Below are positions 62,370-64,000 of a DNA stretch of 64,000 nucleotides, piece after piece (the first letter of the stretch is position 1; each line of letters starts with the position of its first letter). Source of the stretch: an uncultured delta proteobacterium. GTDB lineage: Bacteria; Myxococcota_A; Polyangia; Fen-1088. Both the position numbers and the translations under genes were made by a program. The stretch covers positions 96,001-160,000 of the forward strand of contig CAVYGB010000001.1 of NCBI GenBank assembly GCA_963767925.1, in the 5' to 3' direction. The notes beneath the pieces are model-generated. The model was not told where the DNA came from. It ran no database searches and saw only the letters and a list, made by a program, of their open reading frames with translations.

Positions 62370-64000
62370 TCATCGCGGGGACGGGAGAAAGGCCAGGTCC
62401 TCGGCGCCCAGTGTCGGTACCACCAGGGCACGGTCGAGGTACTGATTGAACCGCTCGCAAGAGCACTCTGCGACGAACAGACAGCCGTGGCAGGCGGCGC
62501 CTTCCAGGTAACGCTCGCCCAGGTCCGAGGCGGGGGAGTGTCCGGCGCAAACGGGGTCGTGTGAGCACAGGCTGCCCAGGTCGACGGCGCGTCGCAAGTG
62601 GCGTTCGAGATGGCGGCCTTGCTCCACCAGGCCGCCCAGGGTCCCCTCCGCCCCGGGAGTGCCGGTTGAGATGAGCAGCCCGGACATGGGGTGGTCGGTG
62701 TCGCCGGGCTCGGAGCAGTAGAGGCGCTCGACGAGCGAGCTGGCGCTGTAGCCGCACTCCAGCGAGAGGGCGTTCATCAGCAGGTGGGACAAGGAGTGCA
62801 GCATGTAGAAGCGCGCGCCGGGGAAGCGGATGTCTGGCAGCTCGTCCAGGCGGACGCCCATCGATTCGGCCTGGTGGCGCCGCCAGGCCTCGAAGCCCTT
62901 GCGCAGCTCGGTCTCGCGCTTGCGGACCGTGGGGCGCTGCTCCCAGCGGGCGACGGAAGTGGCGGACAGTTGCAGAAAGAGGCCCTCACCGTTGATCTCG
63001 GCAGCCGGGAGCCAGTCCGTGTGCAATCCCAGGCGCGCGGAGGTGACCCGCAGGTCGAACTCCCCCTGCAGGTCAGCGGCGGGCGCTTCGAGCCGGGTGA
63101 ACCCGAGCTGGACGCGCACCTCGCGCAGGCGGGGAACCAGCACGACCTTCTCCACGAGCGGCGGCAGGTCGGGATCGCGGGGCAGGGTGGCGGCGTGGAA
63201 GGCGGCGCCGGGCGGGGGCATGTCGCCGCCGCGCTCGAGGGACCGCGTCGTGAGGCAGCGCCACTCGGCGGAGCGCAGGGGTTCCAGGGTCGGGCGGCGG
63301 TCCTCGCGAATGGCCTGGATGGTGTCGAAGATCTCCTGGTCCGCATAGTCGGCGAGCTTGCGGCCCGTCTGCTTGCGAACGAAGGGAAGGTCCGTCATGG
63401 CCTCGACCGGCGCCAGGAAGGTCCAGCAGGCGGAGACGGCGTCGTGGAGGGCGCGGCTGGGATCGGGAATGCTCAGACCGCTCACCACCTGGGCGAAATA
63501 GGCGTTGCTGGCCGCGCGGGAGAGCAGGCGGAGCTGCTCCTTGCATTCCTGGTCGGATTCACGACCCAGCCAGGGGCGCTGGCCCGAGCAGGGGCCGTTC
63601 GCGTTCGGGGCGTAGGCCCGGACCAGGGGCTGCGGCGGGGCGTCGCAGGAGGTGCACTCGACGAGGATCTCCGAGACGTCGCCGGAGGCGCCTTCCCGCA
63701 GCCGGACGATGGGGCTCGGGCAGATGGGCTGATCGCCGGCTCGGTGCGCGAATCGGGCCCAGCGAAACTCCTCGATGTGCCCGTGGCGGCAGGCAAGCAC
63801 GAAGCGGGCCGGGAGGCAGCGCCCCTTGCCGCCGCGGTCGCAGGCGTGCTCGTAGGGGGCCCGCCGCTGGTCCTGCAGATCGTTGCCCGGCACCAGCAAC
63901 CGGCAGCGCTGGCAGAAGAAGGAGGCCGGGAACTGCAGGACCTGGACCCCCTGGCTGGGCAGGTGCTGGCGGTCATCGGAGACCGGCGGTATCCGGAAGG
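62370..64000 (-). CDS. drmB: DISARM DrmB (DUF1998), 5'-partial
   Basis: PARFVLACRHGH, LHSLSHLLM..LECGYSASS, EGTLGGL and CSHDPVC..AACHGC..SCE..N.YLDR motifs; frame open to the window edge. Confidence 0.92.
   Translation of the reverse strand, partial: FRIPPVSDDRQHLPSQGVQVLQFPASFFCQRCRLLVPGNDLQDQRRAPYEHACDRGGKGRCLPARFVLACRHGHIEEFRWARFAHRAGDQPICPSPIVRLREGASGDVSEILVECTSCDAPPQPLVRAYAPNANGPCSGQRPWLGRESDQECKEQLRLLSRAASNAYFAQVVSGLSIPDPSRALHDAVSACWTFLAPVEAMTDLPFVRKQTGRKLADYADQEIFDTIQAIREDRRPTLEPLRSAEWRCLTTRSLERGGDMPPPGAAFHAATLPRDPDLPPLVEKVVLVPRLREVRVQLGFTRLEAPAADLQGEFDLRVTSARLGLHTDWLPAAEINGEGLFLQLSATSVARWEQRPTVRKRETELRKGFEAWRRHQAESMGVRLDELPDIRFPGARFYMLHSLSHLLMNALSLECGYSASSLVERLYCSEPGDTDHPMSGLLISTGTPGAEGTLGGLVEQGRHLERHLRRAVDLGSLCSHDPVCAGHSPASDLGERYLEGAACHGCLFVAECSCERFNQYLDRALVVPTLGAEDLAFLPSPR

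Overview
High-GC bacterial window. Ser/Thr kinase, Pro/Ala-rich lipoproteins, many hybrid kinases and multiheme cytochromes suggest a Myxococcota-like organism, but this is inference only. It contains about 60 genes or gene remnants and no rRNA, tRNA, CRISPR array or transposase that I could recognise. Recognisable modules, left to right: a multiply frameshifted RND efflux pair plus a CDF transporter; MFS + GT8 glycosyltransferase; an ECF42-type sigma/YciI pair; a five-gene pseudokinase(HRG)-TPR / Roadblock / OmpA / coiled-coil-Roadblock / V4R operon with no GTPase, which is the best candidate for an undescribed system; a membrane protein / ~11-heme cytochrome / DUF3365 redox cluster; an Xre-RES toxin-antitoxin pair; an M16 peptidase; an OmpR-type two-component system; a BlaI-family repressor with visible operators directly upstream of dacB (PBP4); a porin / small binding protein / multi-receiver kinase / CheR signalling cluster; gfa, mepA and a GST; and the drmB-drmC end of a DISARM defence locus at the right edge. 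A REP-like hairpin family occurs four times, and two copies abut tandem duplications that capture the neighbouring gene's stop codon. Several intergenic regions hold deletion remnants of genes. All product calls come from motif recognition by eye; no database searches were run.
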